In this document: in pieces, positions 18,983 through 27,521 of the stretch | How positions within the stretch are numbered: position 1 is the stretch's first letter | Layout of the letters: every line of letters begins with the position of its first letter | NCBI GenBank assembly: GCA_964355175.1 | Contig: CAYHBZ010000001.1 | Location: forward strand, 505,400 to 550,381 | Length of the DNA: 44,982 nucleotides | Origin: an uncultured Gammaproteobacteria bacterium | GTDB taxonomy: Bacteria > Patescibacteriota > Patescibacteriia > Magasanikbacterales > GWA2-37-8 | Reading direction: 5' to 3' | The notes under the pieces: generated by a model | Seen by the model: only the letters and a program-made list of their open reading frames with translations | The model's database searches: none | What the model was told of the DNA's origin: nothing | Program-made: the position numbers and the translations under genes

Positions 18983-21199
18983 TTATGGTCTGCGTCCGCC
19001 ACCAAAGCCACCGCGACCACCACCACTGCGTCCGCCACCACCAAAGGTGCGTTCACGCGGAGGTTGTTCTACATAGCCTTCTGGTTTTTCAGTCAAAGCT
19101 TTCATACTAAGGTTCACGCGATTCATGGCGTCTACTTCTTTCACCACTACTTTGATCTTATCACCCAGCTTCATCACATCAGATGGTTTGTTGGTACGAG
19201 CCCAAGCAATGTCCGAAACATGCACCATACCGTCTTGTCCTGGCAAGATGTTGATAAAGGCACCAAAGTCTTCCATACGCACTACTGTGCCCTCGTAGAC
19301 CTCACCAGCAGTCACTTCATGAGTGAGCTGCATGATCCAATCCTTGGCTTTTTGCATACCTACGGAATCACTGGAAGTCACGAGCACTTTGCCGCTGTCT
19401 TCAATATCAATCTGCACACCAGTTTCAGCAATGATCTTGTTGATCATTTTACCGCCTGGACCGATAACATCACGAATCTTGTCCGGGTTGATCATGATAG
19501 TTTCAATGCGTGGAGCATATTTGGACATCTCGGCTCTAGGCTGAGCAATAATTGTGGCCATCTTATCCAAAATCTGTAAACGAGCTTCACGAGATTGTTT
19601 GAAAGTCTGAGCAACAATTTCCCAATTAAGGCCATCGGTCTTGGTATCCATCTGAATAGCCGTGACACCATCGCGAGTACCGGTAATTTTGAAATCCATA
19701 CCACCTGGGCCGTCTTCTACATCTTGTAAATCTGTAAGTACTTTCCAGCGTCCTTTGTCGTCGCTAGCCAAGCCCATCGCAATACCAGCTACCGGCTTTT
19801 TCAAAGGTACACCAGCGTCCATGAGAGCCAGAGTAGATCCACAAGTAGAAGCCATAGAGCTGCTACCATTACTACCCAAAACTTCAGATACTACACGCAT
19901 AGCGTATGGGAAATCTTCCGCGCTTGGCAACATCGGCTCCAAAGCACGTTCAGCCAAGGCACCATGGCCAATCGCACGGTTACCTGGACCACGTAGTGGA
20001 CCAGTTTCACCATAGGTGGCTGGAGTATCGCTGTAATGATGCATGTAGCGCTTGGTTCCCTCTTCTTCCATAGTATCAAGTGTTTGGACATCACCAGGAG
20101 CACCAAGAGTGACGATAGATAATACCTGTGTATCACCGCGCTGGAACAAACCAGTACCGTGAGTACGCGGCAACAAACCAACTTCTACAGACAGATCGCG
20201 AATATCAAATAGACTGCGACCATCCAAGCGTTGATCTTTGTTTAAAATTTGTAAAGTAATATATTTTTCTACGTAGATTTTTACGCGACCCAAAATAATT
20301 TTTTGAATGCCTTCATCTACTTCTTTGGCTTTGAGCATTTCAGCGACAGCGGTAGAAAATTTCTCGATCAAAGCCACACGTTCTTTGCGATCTTTTTTTG
20401 GAGCATCAAAAATCCATTCATCGGATTTTGATCCCACAAATTCTTCTACTTCTTTTTCAATCGCGCGCAAAGTAGTTTCTTTTTCACTCAAATTGGCATT
20501 AAGATCTTGTTTTGTCTGTCCAACTTCCGCCGTAATTTTGGCAATAAAATCCAAAAGTGGTTGGAGTTGCTGACCACCATATTTCATCGCAGTCACCACA
20601 TCGGTATCTGGACATTCATTACAGCCCGCTTCTACCATGATCAATTTTTCAGTGTTACCAGCTACTACTATATCAATATCACTAAGCTTGCGTTCAGCCA
20701 AAGTTGGATTGATTTTAAAATTTCCATCTACGCGTCCGACGCGCACACCAGCAATACCACCCTTCCAAGGAATGGAAGAAATAGAAAGCACGGTACAAGC
20801 GGCTACAAGCGCGGTAATCTGAGAATCATTTTCACCGTCATAAGACAGAGCGGTCAAAATCACCTGAGTATCATTGCGCATTTTTTCATCAAACAAAGGA
20901 CGAATAGAGCGATCTACCAAGCGACCAGATAAAGTGGCTTCTTCAGTAGGGCGACCTTCGCGTTTGATAAAGCGACTGCCTTTGATTTTGCCGGCAGCAT
21001 ACAATTTTTCTTCGAAGTTCACCATGAGCGGGAAATAGTCGATCCCATCACGAGTGTTTTTACTCATCGTGGCGGTAGCCATAATGACGGTTTCTCCATA
21101 TTGCACCACGCACGAAGCGTTGGCTTGCAAAGAGAGCTTGCCGGTTTCAACGGTGAGCGTACGACCGCCCCATTCCATTGAGAATTTTTTTACTGACAT
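18983..21199 (-). CDS. pnp: Polyribonucleotide nucleotidyltransferase (PNPase) with a C-terminal Gly/Arg-rich tail
   Basis: Two RNase PH domains plus KH and S1 (GEVYEGTVVRMEDFGAFINILPGQDGMVHVSD). The start is taken at MSVKKFSMEWGG (21199). The tail is FGGGGRSGGGRGGFGGGRRP. Confidence 0.93.
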   Translation of the reverse strand: MSVKKFSMEWGGRTLTVETGKLSLQANASCVVQYGETVIMATATMSKNTRDGIDYFPLMVNFEEKLYAAGKIKGSRFIKREGRPTEEATLSGRLVDRSIRPLFDEKMRNDTQVILTALSYDGENDSQITALVAACTVLSISSIPWKGGIAGVRVGRVDGNFKINPTLAERKLSDIDIVVAGNTEKLIMVEAGCNECPDTDVVTAMKYGGQQLQPLLDFIAKITAEVGQTKQDLNANLSEKETTLRAIEKEVEEFVGSKSDEWIFDAPKKDRKERVALIEKFSTAVAEMLKAKEVDEGIQKIILGRVKIYVEKYITLQILNKDQRLDGRSLFDIRDLSVEVGLLPRTHGTGLFQRGDTQVLSIVTLGAPGDVQTLDTMEEEGTKRYMHHYSDTPATYGETGPLRGPGNRAIGHGALAERALEPMLPSAEDFPYAMRVVSEVLGSNGSSSMASTCGSTLALMDAGVPLKKPVAGIAMGLASDDKGRWKVLTDLQDVEDGPGGMDFKITGTRDGVTAIQMDTKTDGLNWEIVAQTFKQSREARLQILDKMATIIAQPRAEMSKYAPRIETIMINPDKIRDVIGPGGKMINKIIAETGVQIDIEDSGKVLVTSSDSVGMQKAKDWIMQLTHEVTAGEVYEGTVVRMEDFGAFINILPGQDGMVHVSDIAWARTNKPSDVMKLGDKIKVVVKEVDAMNRVNLSMKALTEKPEGYVEQPPRERTFGGGGRSGGGRGGFGGGRRP

Positions 21200-21285
21200 A
21201 CAGTATTTTTCTTTCCGAAGCTGATTCAAGAGCTAGAGACCTTGTAGGTCTATGTGTCCTTGAACCAACCTCTAAATTAATAAAT

Positions 21286-21852
21286 TTATTTTTTAAATTT
21301 TGGATTAAATACTTTTCTTTCCATGATTAGAAACTTGTGTTTTTCTTCACCGCCCAGATCAATAAAATCATCCGCTTCTTCACGCAATCTTCCAGATGAA
21401 GTATTGCCAAAAGCCATCACTTCTACCTGCTTGCCCTGATTCTGCAAATATTCTACCAACGGTAAATAATCACCATCACCAGAAACCAAAACAATCGTAT
21501 CCAGACTTGGCGACAGACGAATTGCGTCCACGGTAATACCCACATCCCAGTCGGCTTTCTTTTCACCGCCATAAAAAATTTGCAAAGGGCGTTCTTTGGT
21601 TTCAATACCTTGATTGTAGAGAGCGTCGAAAAACGGCTGTTCTTCTTTACCTTCAGTACTTACCACATAAGCAATCGCGCGAATGAGTTTGCGGCCAGCT
21701 GTAGCTTCTTTTACAATATTACCAAAATTTACTTTGCAATGAAAGAGATTTTTGGCGCTATAGTACATATTTTGTACATCAATAAACACCCCAACGCGTT
21801 GGTCGGGGTGTTTTAGAGGATGGGTTTTTTTACTATTCGTGGGTTTCATCAC
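21286..21852 (-). CDS. NYN-domain (LabA/DUF88-like) putative ribonuclease
   Basis: VGVFIDVQNMYYSA and LVSGDGDYLPLV, characteristic of the PIN-like NYN fold. Confidence 0.75.
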   Translation of the reverse strand: MMKPTNSKKTHPLKHPDQRVGVFIDVQNMYYSAKNLFHCKVNFGNIVKEATAGRKLIRAIAYVVSTEGKEEQPFFDALYNQGIETKERPLQIFYGGEKKADWDVGITVDAIRLSPSLDTIVLVSGDGDYLPLVEYLQNQGKQVEVMAFGNTSSGRLREEADDFIDLGGEEKHKFLIMERKVFNPKFKK

Positions 21853-22195
21853 CTTTTTCCATTAACTCCGCTTCCATGTCGAGTTCATCCACTTCGGCTG
21901 CGGCAACGCCAGCTTTTACAACGGCGCGTGGAGCTTTGATTTTTAATTTCTTTACCAAATTTTCGTAGCTTTCAGCATTTTCCTTTTTGAGGTAACGCAT
22001 GAGACGACGACGAGTACTCACTTTGCGTAACAAACCGCGGCGTGAGGAATGATCTTTTGGATGGCCTTTCAAGTGACCAATCAATTCTTCAATCTCGGCA
22101 GTCAAAATGGCAATTTGCACTTCACTGCTACCGGTGTCACCAGTATGAGTCTGAAATTTCTTAATTAGAGCCTGCTTTTTCTTTAAATCTAACAT
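21833..22195 (-). CDS. rpsO: Ribosomal protein S15 with a C-terminal extension of about 30 aa
   Basis: TGDTGSSEVQIAILTAEIEELIGHLKGHPKDHSSRRGLLRKVSTRRRLMRYL, followed by an Ala/acidic tail that typical 89-aa S15 proteins lack. Confidence 0.9.
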   Translation of the reverse strand: MLDLKKKQALIKKFQTHTGDTGSSEVQIAILTAEIEELIGHLKGHPKDHSSRRGLLRKVSTRRRLMRYLKKENAESYENLVKKLKIKAPRAVVKAGVAAAEVDELDMEAELMEKGDETHE

Positions 22196-22344
22196 ACATG
22201 CATAATAATTACCGGGCCATGCGAAGGCATGTCTTAGCTGGTCCGGATCTCGACAAAGTCGAGGTTATTTAACAGGGTTTAATATAGCAAAATAACCAAA
22301 AAATGTCAAGCCACCGAACAGGCGTACGCGGTTTAATTTTTGCC

Positions 22345-23247
22345 CTATTGGCCCAATTTAAACAAGTCTGACATCCTTTCGGCAGTAGCCGAAGCCCCTG
22401 GAAATTTGCTTATACCTAGCCCCTCTAGGAGAGTGCGGAGCAAATCTTGATGTTGATAAAATTCACGGGACTTGTACTCTGGTCGAACCTTATCCCCCAC
22501 AAAAACCACTGGTATTCGACCACCCCCATGGCGTTTATCACTGGCCTGACCCTCGTCAAAAACTATGACCAACAGTCCATCTTTCATAAAATCTTTATTT
22601 TTGACCAGAGGGTCAATGTTGGCCTTTAGCCATTTGTCAGCATCGGCACGACTACAATCATGGGCGGTATGACAGGCATCAGGTACAATAAAGGAAAAAC
22701 TTGGCAAATTGCCGTTGTCCAAATCTTTAGAAAATTTAGCAAAAGAAACAATTTTACTCTGTTGGGAGGAATGATCCACCACATCAATAAAATAAGCAAA
22801 TGGGTTGTGACGTTTTATATAACTACCGGTATTACCTCCCATATATCCGGAATATGGCAAAGCATCCGCATACACCTTCCAGCTTTTGCCGGCTCCGTTT
22901 AGTCTTCTGACTAAATTATCATCTTTAATCACCCCTTTAAAACGATCATCATTAGTTTGTATTTTCCCCGTAGTAAACATAAAATAATTCCCAATAGAAG
23001 GATGGGTATTGGCATAAAATTCAGAGGTGTGAGCATATTTTTTAACCAATGAATTCAAATAGGGCATCTTTGAACTGCCAATCACTTGTTCATAACTACG
23101 ATTTTCCAGAAATACTACCACTTCGTGGCCAAACTGCGGTACGGCCTGGTCTTTATAGGCGTTGGCCGAAGCGAATTGAGGGTATAAATTACCAAATATT
23201 ACTAAGAATGATACGAAAACCACCAACAAAATATTTTTAGTTTTCAT
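22345..23247 (-). CDS. Secreted phosphoesterase-family protein (AcpA/PlcN-like acid phosphatase/phospholipase C family)
   Basis: Signal peptide, then VVVFLENRSYEQVIG, HPSIGNYF, PDACHTAHD and LLVIVFDEG. Confidence 0.7.
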   Translation of the reverse strand: MKTKNILLVVFVSFLVIFGNLYPQFASANAYKDQAVPQFGHEVVVFLENRSYEQVIGSSKMPYLNSLVKKYAHTSEFYANTHPSIGNYFMFTTGKIQTNDDRFKGVIKDDNLVRRLNGAGKSWKVYADALPYSGYMGGNTGSYIKRHNPFAYFIDVVDHSSQQSKIVSFAKFSKDLDNGNLPSFSFIVPDACHTAHDCSRADADKWLKANIDPLVKNKDFMKDGLLVIVFDEGQASDKRHGGGRIPVVFVGDKVRPEYKSREFYQHQDLLRTLLEGLGISKFPGASATAERMSDLFKLGQ

Positions 23248-23340
23248 AAAATTAAATAAGTAAGTTAATTAACTTACTTATACTGTACCACTGTGTTTAA
23301 TCCTTGTAAACAAGATCATTAAAAAGATAAAATCCGGATA

Positions 23341-23709
23341 TTAACCATTCAATTTCGAGAATATTAGAGTAGTGATGGCATATGAGCAAGCTACTATTAC
23401 CAAGCCGATTGCAGCCGCTTCGAGGGTACTTCTGGCTGTGGTTACGTTTTCTTCATTGCCCTGAGCAGTCATCCAGCGGATACCGGCAAAGAGCGCAAAA
23501 CCGAGAAACAAAATACCCATTAAAGATAGAGTGATTTTGAGAATATTTTCAGTAATACCTTCGACAGTATTGCCACTAGCATATTGTGTGGCCGAAGCAA
23601 AGGTGGAAAGCTGATAATCATCAGCTTTGGCCGGCATAACAAAAAAACTAGCGCCAAATAAAAATAAAGTGGCGGAAACAAGTACTGTTTTAAAAAATAA
23701 TTTAAACAT
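23341..23709 (-). CDS. Small two-TM VirB2/TrbC-like pilin-family protein (solitary paralog P0)
   Basis: Signal peptide, then hydrophobic helix, then RWMTAQGNEENVTTAR loop, then second hydrophobic helix. This is the same architecture as the array at 24885-29471. Confidence 0.75.
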   Translation of the reverse strand: MFKLFFKTVLVSATLFLFGASFFVMPAKADDYQLSTFASATQYASGNTVEGITENILKITLSLMGILFLGFALFAGIRWMTAQGNEENVTTARSTLEAAAIGLVIVACSYAITTLIFSKLNG

Positions 23710-23779
23710 AGTAAAAATATACGAATATTATACCACACCTTGATTTTTGTGTAAAAATAAGATATGATGGCCGCAATAC

Positions 23780-23851
23780 GGCCCTGTAGTTCAATGGATA
23801 GAACATCAGCCTTCTAAGCTGAGAATCTTGGTTCGATTCCAAGCGGGGTCA
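23780..23851 (+). tRNA. tRNA-Arg (anticodon UCU); CCA not encoded
   Basis: Hand-folded cloverleaf with anticodon loop CTTCTAA and T-loop TTCGATT. Confidence 0.9.
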
Positions 23852-23856
23852 CAAAA

Positions 23857-23890
23857 TAAAATCCTTCCCATCGCCTGGGAAGGATTTTTG
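23857..23890. terminator. Bidirectional terminator (aatccttccca...tgggaaggatt)
   Basis: 11-bp stem flanked by an A-run and a T-run, between tRNA-Arg (+) and the convergent GT2 gene (-). Confidence 0.7.
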
Positions 23891-24628
23891 TTAACGATAA
23901 TTGATATATTCTTTGGAAAATGGTCGCTCCAGATACAATACCCAGAAAAAATTTATGGCGTATTTTAACCCCATTTTCACTATCCCTTCGGCCACTATTC
24001 TGCGACTGGAAGAAAAAATAGGCAATTTAAAAGTAAATTTAACTTGTCCAAATTTGATAAGACGACGGGCCAGATCAATATCTTCTCCATAAAATTTCAC
24101 GTCCCGATTATAGCCGCCCATTTTCAATATTGCTTCACGTTTTATCACATAATTTCCTCCCTGAACCATTGAACCAATTTTTAAAAAGTTATTAAAAAAA
24201 TAAAAAAAGTAAGCCAGGGAATAAAAAATTTTCACTAAAAATTTATCTATTTTTGTTAGACCCACGTAGTTGAGCGGACCACTCAAACAAACCAAATTCT
24301 CATTTTCTCTATACTCCGACAACACCTGTCTTAGCCATCCCTCAGGCAAACAATTATCCGCGTCAATATTGACAACTAAATCTCCCTGACTATTTGCAAA
24401 ACCACAGGCACGAGCACAACTTATTCCTTTTTGGGACTCGTGGAATAAATGAACATCGGGAAAATTCTTGATTGCTTCGACTGTTTTGTCGGTGCTGGCA
24501 TTGTTTACCACTATTACCTCCACCTGCGATCGCAAATTGAGAGAATCCACTTCTTTAAAAATAGATTCTAAACATTTGGCGATAGTTTTTTCTTCGTTAT
24601 AAGCTGGAATGACAAAAGACAATTTCAT
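23891..24628 (-). CDS. Family 2 glycosyltransferase
   Basis: SFVIPAYNEEKTI, VVNNASTDKT and NIDADN (the DxD region). Confidence 0.85.
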   Translation of the reverse strand: MKLSFVIPAYNEEKTIAKCLESIFKEVDSLNLRSQVEVIVVNNASTDKTVEAIKNFPDVHLFHESQKGISCARACGFANSQGDLVVNIDADNCLPEGWLRQVLSEYRENENLVCLSGPLNYVGLTKIDKFLVKIFYSLAYFFYFFNNFLKIGSMVQGGNYVIKREAILKMGGYNRDVKFYGEDIDLARRLIKFGQVKFTFKLPIFSSSRRIVAEGIVKMGLKYAINFFWVLYLERPFSKEYINYR

Positions 24629-24749
24629 GCTCTTTAATTATATCTATAATACCTGAAATCTTATAACAAAATTACAATTGGGTCAATGACAGGCCACCTA
24701 CTTGAAAAAAAATAAAAAGTGTGGTATAAATAAGCGACAGTCACTAATG

Positions 24750-24824
24750 GGGTGGCTATAGTTTAGTGGTAAAACTGCGGTTTGTGGTACCGCTATCGAG
24801 AGTTCGATTCTCTCTAGCCACCCC
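24750..24824 (+). tRNA. tRNA-His (anticodon GUG) with encoded G-1 and encoded 3' CCA
   Basis: G-1 at 24750 opposite discriminator C. Anticodon loop TTGTGGT. Ends in ...TAGCCAC-C-CCA. Confidence 0.9.
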
Positions 24825-24834
24825 AATGGTGATT

Positions 24835-24878
24835 GAAAAAAATATCCCCCGACTAAGTCGAGGGATATTTTAATTTTA
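24835..24878. terminator. Bidirectional terminator (atatccccc gactaagtc gagggatat)
   Basis: Hairpin flanked by an A-run and a T-run. It ends the pilin array on the minus strand and tRNA-His on the plus strand. Confidence 0.65.
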
Positions 24879-24884
24879 TACTTT

Positions 24885-25358
24885 TTAAGGACAAGTACCG
24901 GCACCACAGTTTGGGGCCAAAGGCTGTTGAACACTCCAATAACTTCCGGATAACACCCCTTTGCCAAGCAAGGTATTGAATACAAAAATGGTAATGCTGT
25001 AGGCTAATAATATCACGGCCAAACCAATCACTGCCTGAGTTAAAAGGGTTTTGGCTTTAGTTACTTCATCTTCATTGCCACCGGCAGTCATCCATAGATA
25101 GCCGGCATAGATAGTCAAACACAGGAAGACCATTCCGGTAAGACTAAGTAAAATTCTAATTACCGAAGCCACTACTTCTCTAGGATCTTTCGCCTCACCC
25201 AAATTCGCGCCTTCACTGCCAACGGCCGCGCCAAGCTGGGCGTTCATATCATCGGTATAGCTAGTACTGGTGGCCATTGCTGGCATTGCCAAAAAAACCG
25301 AAAAAATAAAACTACCTAACAGCACTACGGACAAAAATTTTTTTCTTAAAAAAAACAT
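24885..25358 (-). CDS. VirB2/TrbC-like two-TM pilin paralog P1 (C-terminal 2-Cys tail)
   Basis: Signal peptide, LWMTAGGNEDEVTKAK loop between two hydrophobic helices, and a tail ending ...NCGAGTCP. Confidence 0.8.
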   Translation of the reverse strand: MFFLRKKFLSVVLLGSFIFSVFLAMPAMATSTSYTDDMNAQLGAAVGSEGANLGEAKDPREVVASVIRILLSLTGMVFLCLTIYAGYLWMTAGGNEDEVTKAKTLLTQAVIGLAVILLAYSITIFVFNTLLGKGVLSGSYWSVQQPLAPNCGAGTCP

Positions 25359-25361
25359 ATT

Positions 25362-25856
25362 TTATTCTTTTGGAACACCGGCCGCATTATTTTTGGCGGC
25401 ATTTTTAAGACCTTGATACCAACAAGTAAAGAATCCGTCGGTACAATTAGTGTTACTTCCTCCACCTACTTTACTACTCCCGGCACTCTTAGTCCCTGAA
25501 GTTGTAGCCGCTATCACAAAAGCGGTGATAGAGTAAGCGGCCAAAGTAATAAACATACCAAGCGATGCGCGCATTATTATATCTTTGGCTTTGGTTACCT
25601 GATCTTCATTGCCGGAAGCAGTCATCCACAGAAATCCGGCATAAATTGTAAGTGCCAAAAATATTGTTCCGGACAATGACAGTGCTACTTTAATATATTT
25701 ACCAATCTGCTGAGACAAGGTCAATTCATTCGCCGCATCAAATCCAGACACAGTGGCGATTGTGCCTGCCCGGTCGGTACCAATATCTGGAGCCGCTTGA
25801 GTCAAGGCTGGCAACAACAATATAATTAATAAAATTGCCGATAAAATTTTTTTCAT
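25362..25856 (-). CDS. VirB2/TrbC-like pilin paralog P2 (C-terminal 2-Cys tail)
   Basis: LWMTASGNEDQVTKAK loop and a tail NCTDGFFTCWYQG. Confidence 0.8.
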   Translation of the reverse strand: MKKILSAILLIILLLPALTQAAPDIGTDRAGTIATVSGFDAANELTLSQQIGKYIKVALSLSGTIFLALTIYAGFLWMTASGNEDQVTKAKDIIMRASLGMFITLAAYSITAFVIAATTSGTKSAGSSKVGGGSNTNCTDGFFTCWYQGLKNAAKNNAAGVPKE

Positions 25857-25860
25857 AAAT

Positions 25861-26376
25861 TTACTTCTTTACCGTACACGCACTATCGCTAAAATTATTG
25901 TCATCAACACAGGTAGTTGTTTTTATTACCCCACATTTACCATCTTTGTCTTTACAATAAATCTCTGTTTCTGGAGATGGGGTTGGAGTTGGGGAGCCGC
26001 CACTATTCAATTTACTTGTAACAAAAGCCGTAATAGCATACGCACTCAAAGTCACCGCCAAACCAATCACCGCTTGAGTTATGATATCCTTGGCTTTGGT
26101 CACTTTTTCTTCGTTGCCAGCTGCAGTCATCCAAAGTATGCCGGCATATACGGACAAAGCCAAAAATATTGTTCCTACCAAAGAAAGGGCTCCTTTGATT
26201 ATTGTACTGATTGAAGTATTTATATCACTATTTAAACCTGCACCTTTTGATCCCGCCACCGAATCCAATCGGCCAATCGCCGAATTTCCATCTTTTACGC
26301 TTCCAAACTGGGCACTGGCGGACAAAGGAGCTACCAAAGCTATTAATAATACTCCTAAAATTAAAATCTTTTTCAT
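25861..26376 (-). CDS. VirB2/TrbC-like pilin paralog P3 (C-terminal 4-Cys module)
   Basis: LWMTAAGNEEKVTKAK loop and a tail YCKDKDGKCGVIKTTTCVDDNNFSDSACTVKK. Confidence 0.8.
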   Translation of the reverse strand: MKKILILGVLLIALVAPLSASAQFGSVKDGNSAIGRLDSVAGSKGAGLNSDINTSISTIIKGALSLVGTIFLALSVYAGILWMTAAGNEEKVTKAKDIITQAVIGLAVTLSAYAITAFVTSKLNSGGSPTPTPSPETEIYCKDKDGKCGVIKTTTCVDDNNFSDSACTVKK

Positions 26377-26385
26377 AAAATATTT

Positions 26386-26910
26386 TTATTTCTTTGTCTG
26401 ACAGTTATTATCTGTATAAGTATTATTATCGGCACAAACAGCTGTCTTGATATTGCCACAAACACCCTTAACATCCTTACAATAATCCTCTGCAACCGGA
26501 TCCGGAGTTTTTTTTGTGCTCGTACTTAAATTAGTAAACACAAAATTCGTAATAGCATAAGCGGCCGATACTATTATCAAACCAATAATAGCCGACTGAA
26601 TGACATCTTTTGCTCTTTGTACATCATCGCTGGCACCCATGGATTTCATCCATACTATACCGGCATAAAGCATCATACCCAAAAAGAACATGCCGGTAAA
26701 AGACAACAAAAGCTTTACCACCAACCCAATCACGCCCACCAAACCAGTTTGCCCTTTGATATTATCCGGCAATTGGGCACTTTGTTGAGTAGCGGTAAGA
26801 CCGTAGTCACTGTCCGCGACTGCAAACACCCTTTGAGGAAAAATTACACCCACCAATAAAAAAAGAAGGCTTAAAAAAACCACTCCATTAATTATCTTTG
26901 TTAAAAACAT
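26386..26910 (-). CDS. VirB2/TrbC-like pilin paralog P4 (C-terminal 4-Cys module)
   Basis: VWMKSMGASDDVQRAK loop and a tail YCKDVKGVCGNIKTAVCADNNTYTDNNCQTKK. The start is taken at MFLTKI (26910). Confidence 0.75.
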   Translation of the reverse strand: MFLTKIINGVVFLSLLFLLVGVIFPQRVFAVADSDYGLTATQQSAQLPDNIKGQTGLVGVIGLVVKLLLSFTGMFFLGMMLYAGIVWMKSMGASDDVQRAKDVIQSAIIGLIIVSAAYAITNFVFTNLSTSTKKTPDPVAEDYCKDVKGVCGNIKTAVCADNNTYTDNNCQTKK

Positions 26911-27031
26911 ACTTTTTATTATTGGGCAAAGAAAGAATTTTTTCCTTTCTCTTACCAATAATTATTTTTAGAGAACGCGCGCCAATTTCCTAGGATTTTC
27001 CGGCGAACCGGCGCGCAATTCTCTAAAATTA

Positions 27032-27445
27032 CTATGGTGCTCCAGTGAGACCAGTAGCGGAAGAAAGCTGAGTAATGACAAATGAGGCCAAAGCGTAAGC
27101 GGACAAAATAATGGCTAGACCGATAATACCGGAGAAGATCCATTTTTTTGCTTCGCCAACCTGGTCTTCGTTGCCACCGGCAGTCATCCATTTGAAACCA
27201 CCTACCAAGATGATTACTACGGCTACGATACCGAGCAAGCCCATGGCTACGCGGATAATAGAAGCGATTGTGGAACGTACATCAGTACTTCCCAAACCGA
27301 TAGAAGCGCCGTAACTTAAACCTAAGTCTTTGGCTTCCATAACACCTGAGGTCGTGATAGCGCTTGCGGACAATGGACCAAAAGCGGCCAATGCCAACAA
27401 TAAAATAGCGGATAACGACAAACTAGTTGCTAAAATCTTTTTCAT
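27032..27445 (-). CDS. VirB2/TrbC-like pilin paralog P5 (shortest; no Cys module; candidate major subunit)
   Basis: KWMTAGGNEDQVGEAK loop. A strong GGAGGTG Shine-Dalgarno lies 6 nt before the ATG at 27445. It has its own TGtTATAAT extended -10 at 27485-27493. Confidence 0.8.
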   Translation of the reverse strand: MKKILATSLSLSAILLLALAAFGPLSASAITTSGVMEAKDLGLSYGASIGLGSTDVRSTIASIIRVAMGLLGIVAVVIILVGGFKWMTAGGNEDQVGEAKKWIFSGIIGLAIILSAYALASFVITQLSSATGLTGAP

Positions 27446-27521
27446 AATGTCACCTCCTTCCAAAATGTTGTTTTCATATCAAATATTATAACACAATCCA
27501 ATTTTTTAAGCTACATTATTT

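Noticed and set aside
18668-19110. ORFs 18668-18853 (-) and 18832-19110 (+)
   Set aside because: They are encoded by the E2 palindrome, the pnp terminator, and the antisense of the pnp 3' end. They have no coding signal.
24698-24985. 95-aa minus-strand ORF
   Set aside because: It runs antisense through tRNA-His and the terminator hairpin, and overlaps the end of pilin P1.
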